Origin: Tubulanus polymorphus
Taxonomy: Eukaryota > Animalia > Nemertea
Assembly (NCBI RefSeq): GCF_964204645.1
Contig: NC_134026.1
Location: 26,942,150 to 27,006,149, forward strand
Direction: 5' to 3'
DNA: 64,000 nucleotides
The stretch's first letter is position 1. Every line of letters starts with the position of its first letter. Below, in pieces: positions 51,518 through 64,000 of this stretch. Both the position numbers and the translations under genes were made by a program. The notes beneath the pieces were generated by a model. That model saw only the letters and a program-made list of their open reading frames with translations, was not told the origin of the DNA and made no database searches.

Positions 51518-52028
51518 CTATTTCTGTCCTTGTAATTTCTTAAGAGCTTGTTCGTCCTGAGCCGATATAGACGTTAGTTTCTTTCCTATTCGATCGTGGA
51601 TATCAAGATACTTTGCGACACATCTGTCTATGCACACACACTCTCCTTTTGTTAATTCAGAATCTTTATATTTTGGTGGAACACATTTCTTATGGCATGA
51701 GGTAGTCATCCTGAAAAAAGACATTCCAGTTAAATACTGCTTAAAATTATCAAGAACATGTGGATTTATCAATAAAATAAACCTTCAGACACACCCAGTT
51801 CTGCGCAAAATGGTTGACCACGTACGTACAGGAAATTTTGGCAGGAAAATTTGATCAAATGCCGGCTGTCAAATAAACTTCATTTAAATTTGAGTTGAAT
51901 TCTCAATCGTACCGGCTGATGTTTCCTGAAATTTCTAATTACCTGTTATACATATCGGCCATCATTTCAATCTCTAATTCTCCTACGATTTTTAATTGCT
52001 CTTCGTTAAGATTAACGTTTGCTGCCAT
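51518..52028 (-). CDS. TIMM10: Mitochondrial import inner membrane translocase subunit Tim10 (92 aa)
   Basis: Exons 51943-52028 ([29 protein letters not shown]) and 51518-51710 ([46 protein letters not shown]). Twin CX3C motif present. Confidence 0.97.
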
Positions 52029-52029
52029 T

Positions 52030-52231
52030 TTAAATGGGATATTCTAAGATATTTAAGTTTTAGAAAACACCACGCGAGAAACACGGAAGTAGACCGGAAA
52101 TTCTTCGGTAGACTCCACAAAATTAAAACGCGGAACTGCCTGGTTGCGCGAGCATATACAGTTAAGTCCTATTCCGTATTTTACTCTATACTGACTGCTA
52201 CTTCCGGAACATTTTGAAGTTGCTCTGTTTG
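52030..52231. promoter_or_regulatory. Bidirectional promoter shared by TIMM10 and TRAFD1-like, with clustered ETS sites
   Basis: ACGGAAGT (~52083), ACCGGAAA (~52092), GCGGAAC (~52130) and ACTTCCGG (~52200) lie between the TIMM10 ATG (52028, -) and a plus-strand non-coding exon ending G|GTAAGT at 52231. Confidence 0.65.
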
Positions 52232-52728
52232 GTAAGTTAATTAATTAATTTTAGTGTCAAATTACATCAACCTCAAAGAACCATAACACGAGCAGAGATA
52301 GCTATTCAGTTCCATTTTTCGTCCAACAATTCTCCACTTTGAGGGGACATCACGGATGCCGAGCCGAGGGGGCTTTTGTTTTAGGACTTGTCTTCGAGAA
52401 TCGAGCGAGAGGACGAGCGGCCACCACACTTTCAGTTTCGTTTTGAAATTCAAGTCATTTACAAACAATGGTGTTTGGGTGGAGCCTGGTGGAGCCATTT
52501 GTGCTGCATTGTAGTTGTCCCTTGACCTCTGCTTGACTACTGCTCATATCAAACAACCAGTAAAAATGCTGACTACCCCCCCCCCCCATACTGATTCATT
52601 GATCCGTACGTACATATAAAAGAGACATAAGATAGTCTGAGTTGTTTGTTTTTTAGAAATGATCTAAAACTTTGTTTCACCGATGACGGGATTATTGTCA
52701 TTTTAGTTTGAAGCAAAAAGGCAACATA

Positions 52729-55548
52729 ATGGCTGAAAATGACATTGATACAAAATTCTGTGTTAACTGGTAAGTATGGTAACTCTAGAGAATACTTTTT
52801 TGTCACCAAGAGAAAATGCAGTATTGAAAAACTCATAAACATATTTTCATAATGCTTCCTAATATTGCAGTAAGAGAGAAATTGCTGCAAGTAATTTTAT
52901 CATGCATGAGGTTCATTGTAAAAGGAATATTGTGTTATGTCCTCACTGCGATGAACCATATCCAAGGATTGAACTCGATGCTCATATAGACGATGAACAT
53001 ACTGATGTTCAATGCACAAAATGTCGCAAAGTGATGGAAAAAAATATGGTTGAAAATCACGAGGTAATGACTATCATCAGCATGTTCAAATTGCCATCAA
53101 AGTAGGACAAGAGTGAAACTTATGAAAATTTTTTTGCAGGAAAATGAATGTCCACAACGTATTGTACAATGTGAATATTGTGAAATCGATATCGCTTATG
53201 CGGATTTGAAAGATCATCTAGGTTATTGTGGCACGAGAACAGAACAGTGTCCTACATGTGATAGATATATCATGGTTAAAGATCAGCGTATACACGAAGA
53301 TTCAAATTGTAACTATCCAGCTCAGAAAACTCAAAATAACGCAAATTCTGATGGTCATTTTAATTCTTTCGTATTTGACGAGTTGAGTCGAGTTATGGAA
53401 ACGGACGTTACAAATATTCGACGCAACGATGTTTCGTTTCCTCCTGAACGTAATTACAGAATCACACATCAACACGGGTCACGAACTGGAACTAGTAATA
53501 ACAGTAATAGAGTGATTATAAACGATACTCCTTCGAGGAGAATAAAGAACACAAACCAAAAGAATGATGTAACGACTGCTCGTAAAAGAGAAATGCGTAA
53601 TTATAATTTTGAAACAAATGGAAGTGACCGTTCACTGGATGCTGATAATCTCCCAGGAGGTAAAACTTAAAGTTTATTAGAAAGAGTGAATGATACAAGT
53701 TCTTCATTACAAAAAATGTTAACTGTTTTTTGTTAGGGATTTTGCCGATGGTTCCTTGTGAAATCTGTTCGAAAACATTTCCTATCGATTTCATCAGCCA
53801 GCATGAAGTGAGTGTTTTTAAGTGAATTTGTTTTCTTTCACCAGAAATAGAGAAAGTTTGAAGTTATGAGTTTGTTTGATTTTAGCGAGAATGCCTTGAT
53901 AATTTGGCTGAACAGAATCAAAGAGTGCCATCACCTGTCTTGTCGAGCCAAACTGGTAAATATCATTACTTTTGGTTCTTTTACTTGTGAGCATCCTTTC
54001 TATCATATGATTCTTTGATCGTGCTTATTTCAGAAGGTACCGTGCTTCCCTGTGAATTCTGCGGTACTTTATTGCCCCCTGACGACCTTGTTATACATGA
54101 AGTAAGTTGAATATCGCAAGGAGAGAGCTATCTTGGCCAAGCATTCATTGCGTGTGTTCTAACTTACCTTGTATTCGTTTAAAACTTCTATTTTAAGAGC
54201 GGATGTGGACTGAATAATTTGCACAGAGCATCTGCATCTAGTGAGACTAGAAATGAGCCTGCTGTGATGGACAATCTTGCATATATGGCTGCAGAAACAT
54301 GGTGAGATATTTGAAATCCTTGACAACATGTTATATCAATGAAGATATTGATATATCTATTGTTGTATTATCACTATTTTCTTGCTACTTGTGTAGGCTG
54401 TCTCAACCAATAGCTGCTGATTTTACTACTGCTGATGATATTATGCTTCCTTGCGAGTTTTGTGACTGTCTCTTTCCAGAAGACTTTCTCATTCAACATC
54501 AGGTGAGCATCGCCGGGTCATTCAAGTATTATAGCACTATGAAATTCTTGTAACAGTGAAGCCATTTATTCGAATTTCAGGCAGTTTGTGATGCAAACAA
54601 TACTAAAACACCGCGTGTTACAACTCCTGCTGCATCTGGTATGAGTGCAGCTGCTTCTTCTAGAATTACTAATTCAAATACATTAGGTGCTCGACCGAAA
54701 AAGATGAATACTGAACGACCTTACAGACAGCAAAGTCTACCAGCAATGATGGATGACAGCGATTCAGCAATGACACACACAGTAATTACAAATCCAGTCA
54801 GTCCTTCAAATAAATCGATATCTAATGTTAGTAAACGTAACAATAAAGGGACGAATTTAACAAACTCTCGAAATATATCGCAAAATAATACCACGGGTGC
54901 TGGAAGGCAACGATCAACTGCTTTTAAACGACAGAATTCAGACAGTGCTTCAGCAGGCGATCAGAATTCAGCATCGGAATTAAGATCGCGTCGGGACAAT
55001 ACTGCAACTTCTTCACAGAGGAGAGACGGTTTCATGAGGAATCCAATAAGTGGTCCGGTTTCATCATCGAAGGCTGTTAATCGTGAAACTAAGTCATTTG
55101 GGGAACAGTTAGACAGACCATTCCCTCGTTCGAGTAATTCAAGTAAGTATAGTTTTAATATCGATAATGATCTGCATATTCTGCAATACAAGAACTGTTT
55201 TTTCATCTGATAGATCAATTGTTTTAGGTCAAATTACATCATCGAATCGACGAAATTCACAACCAGAAGATTTTCTAGCAGTTGGAGGATATGAAGCTAG
55301 TTTTGCTACGAATCCAACTGGGCAACGTCCGAATAAAACACGTACAGTTCCAATCACTCACGTTGGATCTGATATAAATGACGTCACTCAAACTAATAGC
55401 AGAAGTAACGGTGGTACCAGATCTCCACAGGCCAGAGTTAAGGTACAACACTTTCCAATTTTCAATGAGAGTTGAGTCGTGATGAATATTTTGAAAATAT
55501 TTCTTTTCTTTTCAGAAAACAAATAACAGTAGACTTCCAAGACATTAG
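52729..55548 (+). CDS. TRAFD1: TRAF-type zinc finger protein, TRAFD1 (FLN29)/XAF1 family, ~660 aa
   Basis: Exons 52729-52769, 52871-53063, 53140-53659, 53737-53807, 53886-53955, 54034-54101, 54198-54301, 54397-54502, 54581-55142, 55228-55442, 55516-55548 are all in phase. FCVNCKREIAASNFIMHEVHCKRNIVLCPHCDEP, ECPQRIVQCEYCE, YCGTRTEQC and LPCEFC...FPEDFLIQHQ match the TRAFD1/XAF1 pattern. Confidence 0.9.
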
Positions 55549-55836
55549 AAAAACTAGTAATTTAACATTAAATTTATGAGTCATACATGTATATGAATGG
55601 GACCTCCTCTGATTAATTCATACTCATAATCATAGGGCTTTCTCTGTGAAATAAACAGATCGATGGTAGATCTATTTATCTAATGTCTAATTTCTTAAAT
55701 AAAAATGCATTTCAAAAGTGTGCATTAATGTAGGTTTTGAATATATATATAACCAGCGCATATATATTTCACCAATTATCGTAACAAAATGTTGAACACA
55801 TACATAGAATGATGGGGTTTAATGTTTAACCGTATA

Positions 55837-56001
55837 AAGTCAAACTTGCTTAAATCGGATCAGTTGAATATGGATTTTGATCTAATCCCGATATTATTCA
55901 TGGTCCATCTGTACGTGTATGTTGTTTAAATGATGTTTAAACCAGATTTCTCATAAATTGGATCAATATCATTGGTCATCCAAATTAAGTGAGTTTGACT
56001 A
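55837..56001. mobile_element. MITE, Tc1/mariner-pogo type
   Basis: Terminal inverted repeats AGTCAAACTTGCTTAAATCGGAT vs reverse complement AGTCAAACTCACTTAATTTGGAT; internal similarity to 50071-50211. Confidence 0.7.
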
Positions 56002-56929
56002 GAACTATGTTTTATGTATCAGTTGTATGAACATTTTGTATTTTTGACTATGAAATACGGATATATGCTGGTGATACAACTTTCTTCTGTCATTTCCGTC
56101 CGGTAAATGTCAACCATGAAATTATCTCTATAAGCTACTTATAGTACAAATTGCATTTATCAATGATGTCCTATTGATTTATTTGTAACTTGTTAATGAA
56201 GTATGTCTTGCACAACGCAACAGAATCTCTTATCAGAATTTTGTTGACAAGTTTACAAGAACGAATTGATGTACTTGTATTGCACTTTCTGAAGGCTTCT
56301 CTATGAAAGAATGAAGGTTACATATTTTATGACTGAGAATTGTAATGATACTATATTCTATATTTTATTCTTTAGTTTTTCAGTTTGGTTTTAAAGATTT
56401 TATATTGTTGTTGATTCATTGTATCGATTTAGACCTGGCTAAGAATCTAAAAATAGATCATTGTATGATAAATTTTAAGAGTTACCGGTACATCTTTAGT
56501 GACAATTAGTCAAAATGAGGCAAGACAAAAACAGGTAATTCTGTGTATTATAGCTGTTTCACTTTGATACTGGGCTACAGAGTGGATTTAATAATCGTTT
56601 GTGTTAACCTCACGATTCGAAGTTCATTTTAGTTTTGTCAGATAATCTGTTATTTGAATTGTCACTGAATCTTATTTTAAATATAAGTGCCGCTTAAAAA
56701 AATCTGTTTCTCTTTTGTCTTCATCATTGCTGGAATTGAGGAATTTAACAAACGTCTCCATGTCTCTAAGTCAGTAATATAATCTTATATAATCACGAGC
56801 TCAAGTCTCATGCAGATTCACAAACTACATCGATATTACCACCACGTAACTAACCAAAAGTTAAATGATAATTCCATGTACTTCGTTGCCGTTGGATTTT
56901 TGGTTACTGACTGAATAAAGAATTATCAG

Positions 56930-57051
56930 GCGTTTCAACGTAACACTGCGGCGTACGGTCCCGCGAGAACCGGGCTTCGGTTACATGGATCAATGCACCA
57001 CACATTACGTAGTTGTAATCACCGCTGTTTGAGCTTCTAGAAAGTACTTAT
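56930..57051 (+). promoter_or_regulatory. Putative upstream promoter and non-coding first exon of peroxiredoxin
   Basis: CpG-rich patch followed by donor T|GTAAGT at 57051/57052; it can splice to the acceptor at 59094. Confidence 0.55.
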
Positions 57052-58130
57052 GTAAGTTGTTTGCCTTATTTTGAATATTTCTGAATTTGTATTCAGTTTT
57101 ACCATGGATCTGGTGAATTAAGGAAATGCTTAAGAATTATATATGTTGATTTAGTGTCAGATAACAGCGTACTTTCGCTTCTAGTTTTACTTCTAATAGC
57201 GGTACTTTTTTCTAAGTATTCGGTGTTTACCAGTACATAATGTTGGGTTAATACTAGTACCCAGGCCCTTGACTCGCACCTGTGGTGTTTGTCGGGGAAT
57301 TAAAACGTCATAATCACTTTCATGCTACCATAGTCAATTTGTAACTATATCGAGAGGTAATACTTGGTAGGCTACTTGTCACCGAATTGAGGTGTAAGTC
57401 CGTTCGTAGTTAGTTGTAGGCCTTTCTACTATAATTCTTATTCATTTACGAAATGAAATAATATTTTTGTGTGAAAATTTTGGAAACTACATGAAATTTT
57501 TTGAAAAGTCTTGTCATCTGAAAATTTCTATTTATTTTTCCTTAGAGGATGAAGGACCCTTTATATTTTTATCTCTGGACTGCTTTAACCCTAGACAGTT
57601 CATAGTACTGTTCATGTACATGTTCATAGTCTTGTGTCAAGTCATTGAATTCTAGCATATAAACGAATTTAATTGAAAATGGTATATCCCTTTTGAAAAA
57701 ATATGTGAAAAATCTTGTTTTTTGGGGTAAAGATATGTGAAATATTGTTTTATAGTTTATTGAGCAAAAATGTGCTTGTGTTATTTCATTGTATAATTAT
57801 AGACCTGTCAAAAATGGCCAAAGATGAAAGTGACAGTTTTCACAATTCTTATTTAGTTATCTACCCTTTAATCAACAGATAATACAATTTACTCATTTCT
57901 TGATTTTAGTTCACATGTAAGATTTAAATCACAGGTATAGGCCTTTTATAATTAATCATTTAGTTGGGCGAGCTGAGTGAATGATAACATAATAAGATGA
58001 TCTGTCAGGGGCCAGCTCTCAAACATGAAATTAAAGTTTTGCTGTTCGAAATATAATTTTATATTTAAACGCTCTGGTATTATCGCGATGGCTATAATTG
58101 ACCTAAGCTGATGTTGATAGCTTAAAAACA

Positions 58131-58144
58131 GTTGCCATGGTTAC
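58131..58144. promoter_or_regulatory. RFX X-box
   Basis: GTTGCCATGGTTAC is a 12/14 match to the palindromic consensus GTTGCCATGGCAAC and lies ~100 bp upstream of the ATG at 58247. Confidence 0.7.
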
Positions 58145-58246
58145 ATGATGCTGTTAGTAGAACGCGAGCACGGGGCTCGGTAATTGCACTGCAGAGATTT
58201 AAGAATCAGGGTTTGGAACGGGTGTGAGTAGTATAACAGGGAGATT

Positions 58247-58498
58247 ATGTCATCATCACAGGTTAGAAATTCAAAATCTGACTCGAGTGCAAGACCAACC
58301 AAACCCACAGTAGGAAGTAAAAAAACCGCTAGTGCTTCTGGAAAAGGTGCAAATAGCAGCCGCAGTGTTCAAAAAGGGAAACCTAGTAGTAAGAGTGATT
58401 TAAAAATAGATGAAAACAGTTTGAGAGATAATAATAGCGTTGTACATACGCAGTGTTGTGAACATTGTCCTGGCAAATCACAGAATACGATAAACGCG
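58247..58498 (+). CDS. Alternative coding first exon of peroxiredoxin (84-codon N-terminal extension)
   Basis: ATG-initiated, 252 nt, ends GCG|GTGAG in phase 0. It joins the acceptor at 59094 (CAA ATT GAT AAC ATG) in frame with the Prx ATG. Confidence 0.65.
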
Positions 58499-59105
58499 GT
58501 GAGGTTCTGTGTTATATGTTTAATGTTACTGTTCAGGATGAATTATATATGTTTAGAATTTAAAGATACAATAAATGCTTAAAATGTTCAGGCTGTTTAA
58601 TCAATTAATTTTGTTGGCTATTTCACATTGTACTTCAAATTGCATAATTTTATGATTGTAAAAATCCCTTAACCAAAAAATATCAATTCTCGAGTTGGAA
58701 ATGATATTGGTTTGAATGGCTTAAATCTTCGATGCACTTTCAGTACATCGAATATAATTGAATAGAATATTCTGGTAGATTGAACTACATAATGTAGTCT
58801 TCCGTACATGAAAACATATGATGTCTATTATAGTATTGTCATATGACATGGTCCTAGACTCTTTTCATGTGGAATCATAAAGCCTATTTTATATACCAGC
58901 ATATCAAGTTGATAACACGCTCAGTGGTCACCTCTGAACCAGTCATTTTATAACCAGCGGCGTTGTACTATCACGTGCTAGATAACGATATTGATTTATA
59001 TGCTGCGTGAATAGTGTTAGAATATCACTTGATTATTGCTTGTCACCGTCGAAACACCCAGTTGTGGTAATTTTTGTTCCTTTCTTCTCTTAGCAAATTG
59101 ATAAC

Positions 59106-60339
59106 ATGTCTGAGGCACGTGTACAGAAGCCTGCTCCTGTCTTCGAAGCAACTGCAGTATCTGAAAATGGAGAATTTGTCACTGTGAAATTGAGCGACTA
59201 CAAGGGAAAATATCTAGTTTTATTTTTTTACCCACTAGATTTGTAAGTAAAAATGTTTGAATTTTTTACTAAGTCAGTAAATGAATTGACAATGTTGATT
59301 AAAGAGCTGTCTTTTGGATTATTTTAGCACGTTTGTGTGTCCGACTGAGATAACTGCATTTAGTGATCGTGTCGAGGAATTCCGAAGTATTAATTGTGAA
59401 GTCTTGGCATGCTCAGTTGATAGCGAATTCAGTCATTTAACATGGTAAGTCCATAGTCCATGGAATTGATATACAGATGTTGCTTATTTGGTAGTTCATG
59501 TTTAATATAATGAAATCATGGAAATATCCGTGATATCGCTGTTGCTGTTATATTTCTATTCAAATGTTTTAATTAATTCAATTACTGTTAATTTGCGTAG
59601 TATCTAATAATTATAGCTAATCTACTGAATAAATCTAGGATATTATAGACATTTAGGTTACCGACTATTAAGTAAACGGTAGGGCCTATATTTTTTTTTC
59701 ATGTGTAACAGATCGTAATTATAATTGTATCGATTTGATGAATAATATCATGATTTTGTCTAGGATAAATACCCCAAGAAAGAAGGGAGGTTTGGGAACG
59801 ATGAAGATGCCTGTTTTGTCCGATTTAACTAAAGATATTTCCCGAAGATATGGTGTACTTCTCGAAGAACAGGGTGTTGCCCTACGGTAAGTGATGTTTC
59901 CTTTACTAATGAATCTCTCAAAACTGCTATCAATGATTACTTTACCGTAAAACTACCCTTTAGACCTACTCTATTTTTGTACATTCGTTATTGAATTGAT
60001 GTGTAATTCTAAAATTCTTATTTCAGTGGTTTGTTCATCATCGATGATAAAGGTATTTTAAGACAGATGACTGTTAATGATTTACCAGTCGGTCGCTCTG
60101 TCGATGAGACTTTACGCCTTGTACAAGCATTCCAGTTCACTGACAAACATGGAGAAGGTAGATACATAATTATCTCATTGATTTATCACTACTGTACATA
60201 TCTGATCAATAGTATTGAAGCAGTGATTACGGAAATACGTTATCTTTCTCTTTCAGTTTGTCCTGCTGGATGGAAACCCGGCGCAGATACTATCAATCCT
60301 AGCCCTAAAGAAAGTCAAGCTTTCTTTTCCAAGCAGTAA
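59106..60339 (+). CDS. PRDX1: Typical 2-Cys peroxiredoxin (Prx1/2-like, AhpC/Prx1 subfamily), 196 aa
   Basis: Exons 59106-59242, 59328-59444, 59764-59886, 60027-60157, 60257-60339. Motifs [15 protein letters not shown] (peroxidatic Cys), [42 protein letters not shown] (resolving Cys). PRDX1 vs PRDX2 orthology cannot be resolved. Confidence 0.95.
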
Positions 60340-62922
60340 ATCAGATTTGAAGCCTACGATCAAAATAATTTAAACATAAATGTTGTTTCACATGTCATAA
60401 TTTTATGTTTGATGTTTTATAAGGTCAATTGTAATTACTGAATAAGACTAATCATGTACCCGGTTATATCAATTATTCAATGATTCCATTAAGCTCACAG
60501 TAGCTATGTACTTTTTTGATACAAGCCTGTATTCTGTCCCTTTTCTTTATGTGTTGAATGTGCTACTAGAATAAAGGATAAAAAATACTAATTTACGCGT
60601 TTATGATTACTTATTGATTCGATAGCATAGTTGCCAAATATCTCCTCAATAGCTTTAGTTGATGAGAATTCTCACATATCTGAATGGACTCATAAAGGAT
60701 CTGCTGGATGTTTATCATATGGCCCGATATCATATACACCGGAACAAACCATTGAAATTCTGCTACTCTTTCTGCTAGAAATGTATTAACCCGATTCGGG
60801 TAAAGCGTCCACATACTGTGCAGTGTACTGAGCCTAACCCTGATGAGGAGGAGATATCCTTATCTGAATACATTCGAGTCAAGTTTTTTTAGTTGACATT
60901 CAATATTTCTTTTAAGCTTGAGGAATAAGCCTAATAGGATTACGTTACTAAATTCTGAATGTGTAGGTATTCATATTTTGTGTAAGGCAGACTTGGCAGC
61001 TGCAACGTTCAATAATAAGTGATAGATATGAAATGAGACAACAGCAGGTGCAACATATTCGAAAATAGCCTTTTCATGTTAGGGTAGACAAGACTTAGGA
61101 TACATAAATCATAACCTAATTTTCATTATGGAACATGTGGTTACCTTTCAGTACAATCTGTCACTCATTTCCAACTACTGATAGGACTATTATTGAAGTA
61201 CCAGTATAAAACAATCCATGTACACGTATGGTTTACATTTGAAGGAACAATACTTTCTTTTTCCAGTTCCTAGAGGCAGACCAAAGAATTCTGCAGATTT
61301 TGAACTCTGGATTGTTGTTTAAAGGCCACAGCTGTTGCACCACTTATGAACGCTATCTTGCATGGGTTTAGCCTTAGTCCATCATAAGAAATAACCTTTT
61401 GAAAATCCCCTCAAAGAAACAAGTCGCACAAGATTTTCAAAGTTTTCTGCCATTTATTTTCAACTGAGTATTTACAATTTTTTGGAATGTTTCATCACTG
61501 ATGGATGTACAATTGTTGCATAATATTTACAATATCATGTTAGAAAATTAATTCCCTGGCAACCATATTTAATAGCACATCTCTTAATAATTCTCAGACA
61601 TAAGAAAAGTACCTGGGAAAAGTTACTTTCAATGTATGTTTGATTTGTTGATGGACGACCTGTAGAACTATAGCACATTTAATAATAAAAGAATATCAAA
61701 CTTCAATTCCAATAGGTACAAATTTCTTAGTTGCTATACTGGCATTCATTCGAACTTCAAAAGATGGCGTAGAACACAGTGGTGGCCATATCACAGGACG
61801 GAGTGATCGAAACAATAGTAGCATAGTTCCAAAACAACTTTTCACCTAAGCAGGTTTGTGTAACAAGAAATTAAGTGAAGTGTGTAACAAACGAAATCAT
61901 TAACAAATGGACATACTATTCCTTTTTTGAAGTTGCAATTTCTAACTAACAAATGATAAACAGACGAACTAAGTATTCACTTTATGCATTTTACTTCGAT
62001 CAATGCCATTTCATCGAAAGTACAAAGTTTTCATTCTATGTGAATAGTATACGGTGGATCAGCAGTTTAGTTTTCTGATGATCTGTCGATGGCTTGGACG
62101 GATCAGATCTGTATCTGCCACCACTAATCTCATGGTACTTAGCTGTCTAGCATTGAAAGACCCGATACTATTTTGAAGGGGATAGAAAGAGCAGAAAAAT
62201 AGTGTCACGTGAACACAAATTCTATTGTGCAATTGTACAGATAACAACCAACAACATTAACAAGACAATAAAACAAAACTAAACGTGAATCTGTACAGAT
62301 ATTTGACAGATATATTGGTCCCACTCAACCAGACCCAAATATTGTATGGATCTTCGCCTTGTTTATATCACATCAATCTACTGAACACCAAAAATAGAAT
62401 CTTACATATACACTTGGCTGTGTAAGATCCACAACTAAACACTTAATTTAAGTAGTATGACAAATGCATCAATGTTAAATTTTACAGAAAAATGACAAGA
62501 TTTTCACATTCATGGATGTTGCAAAAGTAGAAAAAATACCTTTAGTCTAAGCTATGTTTATTCAAAATGATTTTTATCATCTCATTACAGAGAAGATATT
62601 CGAAAAATATTTGCTTAACCAGATCAATAAACTTTCATCGAAGATTATGAGCAGCTCCAGAAAGAACTCGTGTGATTACTTTCACCTAGCGAAAACTAAA
62701 GCAAAATAGGTGAAAGAAAACCTCACTAAATGTTCCATACATCGATATTACACAGTTCATTAAATGCAGCTCCTCTCCGAAAATTGAAAATGAGAGGAGA
62801 ACAAACCACTCATGAGTGTTTTATCAAATCAGCCTAATTCTAGAGTCGTGGAAGCCATTGCACAAACCCTATCAGGTTAAAATCGTTAAAAGACCCCTTA
62901 AAATTTGGCTCTATGAACATTT

Positions 62923-64000
62923 TTATACATGGCTATCTGATAATGCTGCCTTATAATTAGTGAACAGTGAATGTTGTAGTAGGTCCTTCGATGTAGGCCT
63001 CTCATCAGGATTCTTTTCAAAACAACGAAGAATGAGATCTCGAACCGGAGGTGAAACATAGTCAGGTACAGGAGGTGGCTTGGTAGCCGAGGCAATCTGA
63101 AAAATTGAACATAGAAATTTATGATGGTACATTCAACATTACTGTCAATTTATTTTCAGTCAACAAAATAAGACAAACCTTGAATATGAGAGCTAGATGA
63201 TTGGATAAATCACTGGCACCCCACGGTGGTTTAGCAGTTACCATTTCTATCATTACACAACCAATACTCCAAATATCACAACTTCTACCATAATCTTCTC
63301 CCCTCAAAACCTGAGATAGATATGTTTCACATGAATCAAATGTGATGATTGAATGATAGAGAGTGAACTGCATCTAGAAAATGAATTACTTACCTCGGGG
63401 GCCATGAATGCAATCGTCCCTAATAGCTGGCCTTTAAATTCACCAACCATTGTGGCTTGGGCAGATAATCTTCCAGCAGCTCCGAAATCAGCAATTTTCA
63501 CCGTTTGTCCAGTGCTGTCAACAAGCAGATTTGCTCCTAAAAGAAACAAGCGTTTTTAGAAATATCAATCTATTGAATAATGTGTCAATATAAAATTCTA
63601 GAATCTGTGTCATTGTACTAGTTTCAAGAAAGTCTGTCATTGACATCGAGGTCAATGTCATGTCAAGTTACAATGTCAAAGATTGGATGTACCTTTAAGA
63701 TCTCGATGAATCATTTGCTTATCATGTAGATAGGCTAACCCTAAGAGGACTTGTTGAGTGTAGTTGATAACTACTTGTTCAGAAAACGCACCGTACTTAG
63801 AGAGAAGATACGCCACAGAGCCACCTGTGAATGGAATATATTATAAACAATTTAATGCCATGTCTGTGCATTGCAAAGGACTCAAGCAAAAACAGTTGTA
63901 GACTTACCAGACATCCACTCAACAAACATGTTAAAGTGTACACCTTCTTGCGTTGCTCCAAGAATACGGACAACATTTCTATGATTCATTTTGGTCATCA
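62923..64000 (-). CDS. MAP3K1: MAP kinase kinase kinase 1 (MEKK1) kinase domain, 5'-partial
   Basis: Exons 63908->64000, 63693-63824, 63394-63536, 63179-63310, 62923-63096 give [20 protein letters not shown]...[16 protein letters not shown]...IADFGAA...[32 protein letters not shown]...[14 protein letters not shown], characteristic of MEKK1. Confidence 0.96.

Overview
AT-rich, intron-rich animal genomic DNA; the taxon is probably an invertebrate bilaterian such as a lophotrochozoan (inference only). About 1-42.6 kb holds one large minus-strand eyes absent (eya) gene: 15 phase-consistent coding exons were assembled by hand, with a 22.7-kb first coding intron and the 3' end outside the window. 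The last 21 kb holds eight tightly packed genes: a signal-peptide C-type lectin (+), FBXO39-like (+), SKA2-like (-), a family IV/HSL-type alpha/beta hydrolase with an internal multi-transmembrane insertion (+), TIMM10 (-), TRAFD1/XAF1-like (+), a typical 2-Cys peroxiredoxin (+) and the 3' end of MAP3K1/MEKK1 (-). Several TA-flanked MITEs and (TA)n arrays are present. The most notable observations are: (1) an X-box (RFX)-flanked alternative first exon that adds 88 aa in frame to the peroxiredoxin; (2) the hydrolase split by about four predicted membrane helices; (3) several frame-compatible cryptic micro/cassette exon candidates in eya; (4) a possible antisense gene nested in the long eya intron. 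All exon calls come from manual translation and splice consensus, not transcript data.
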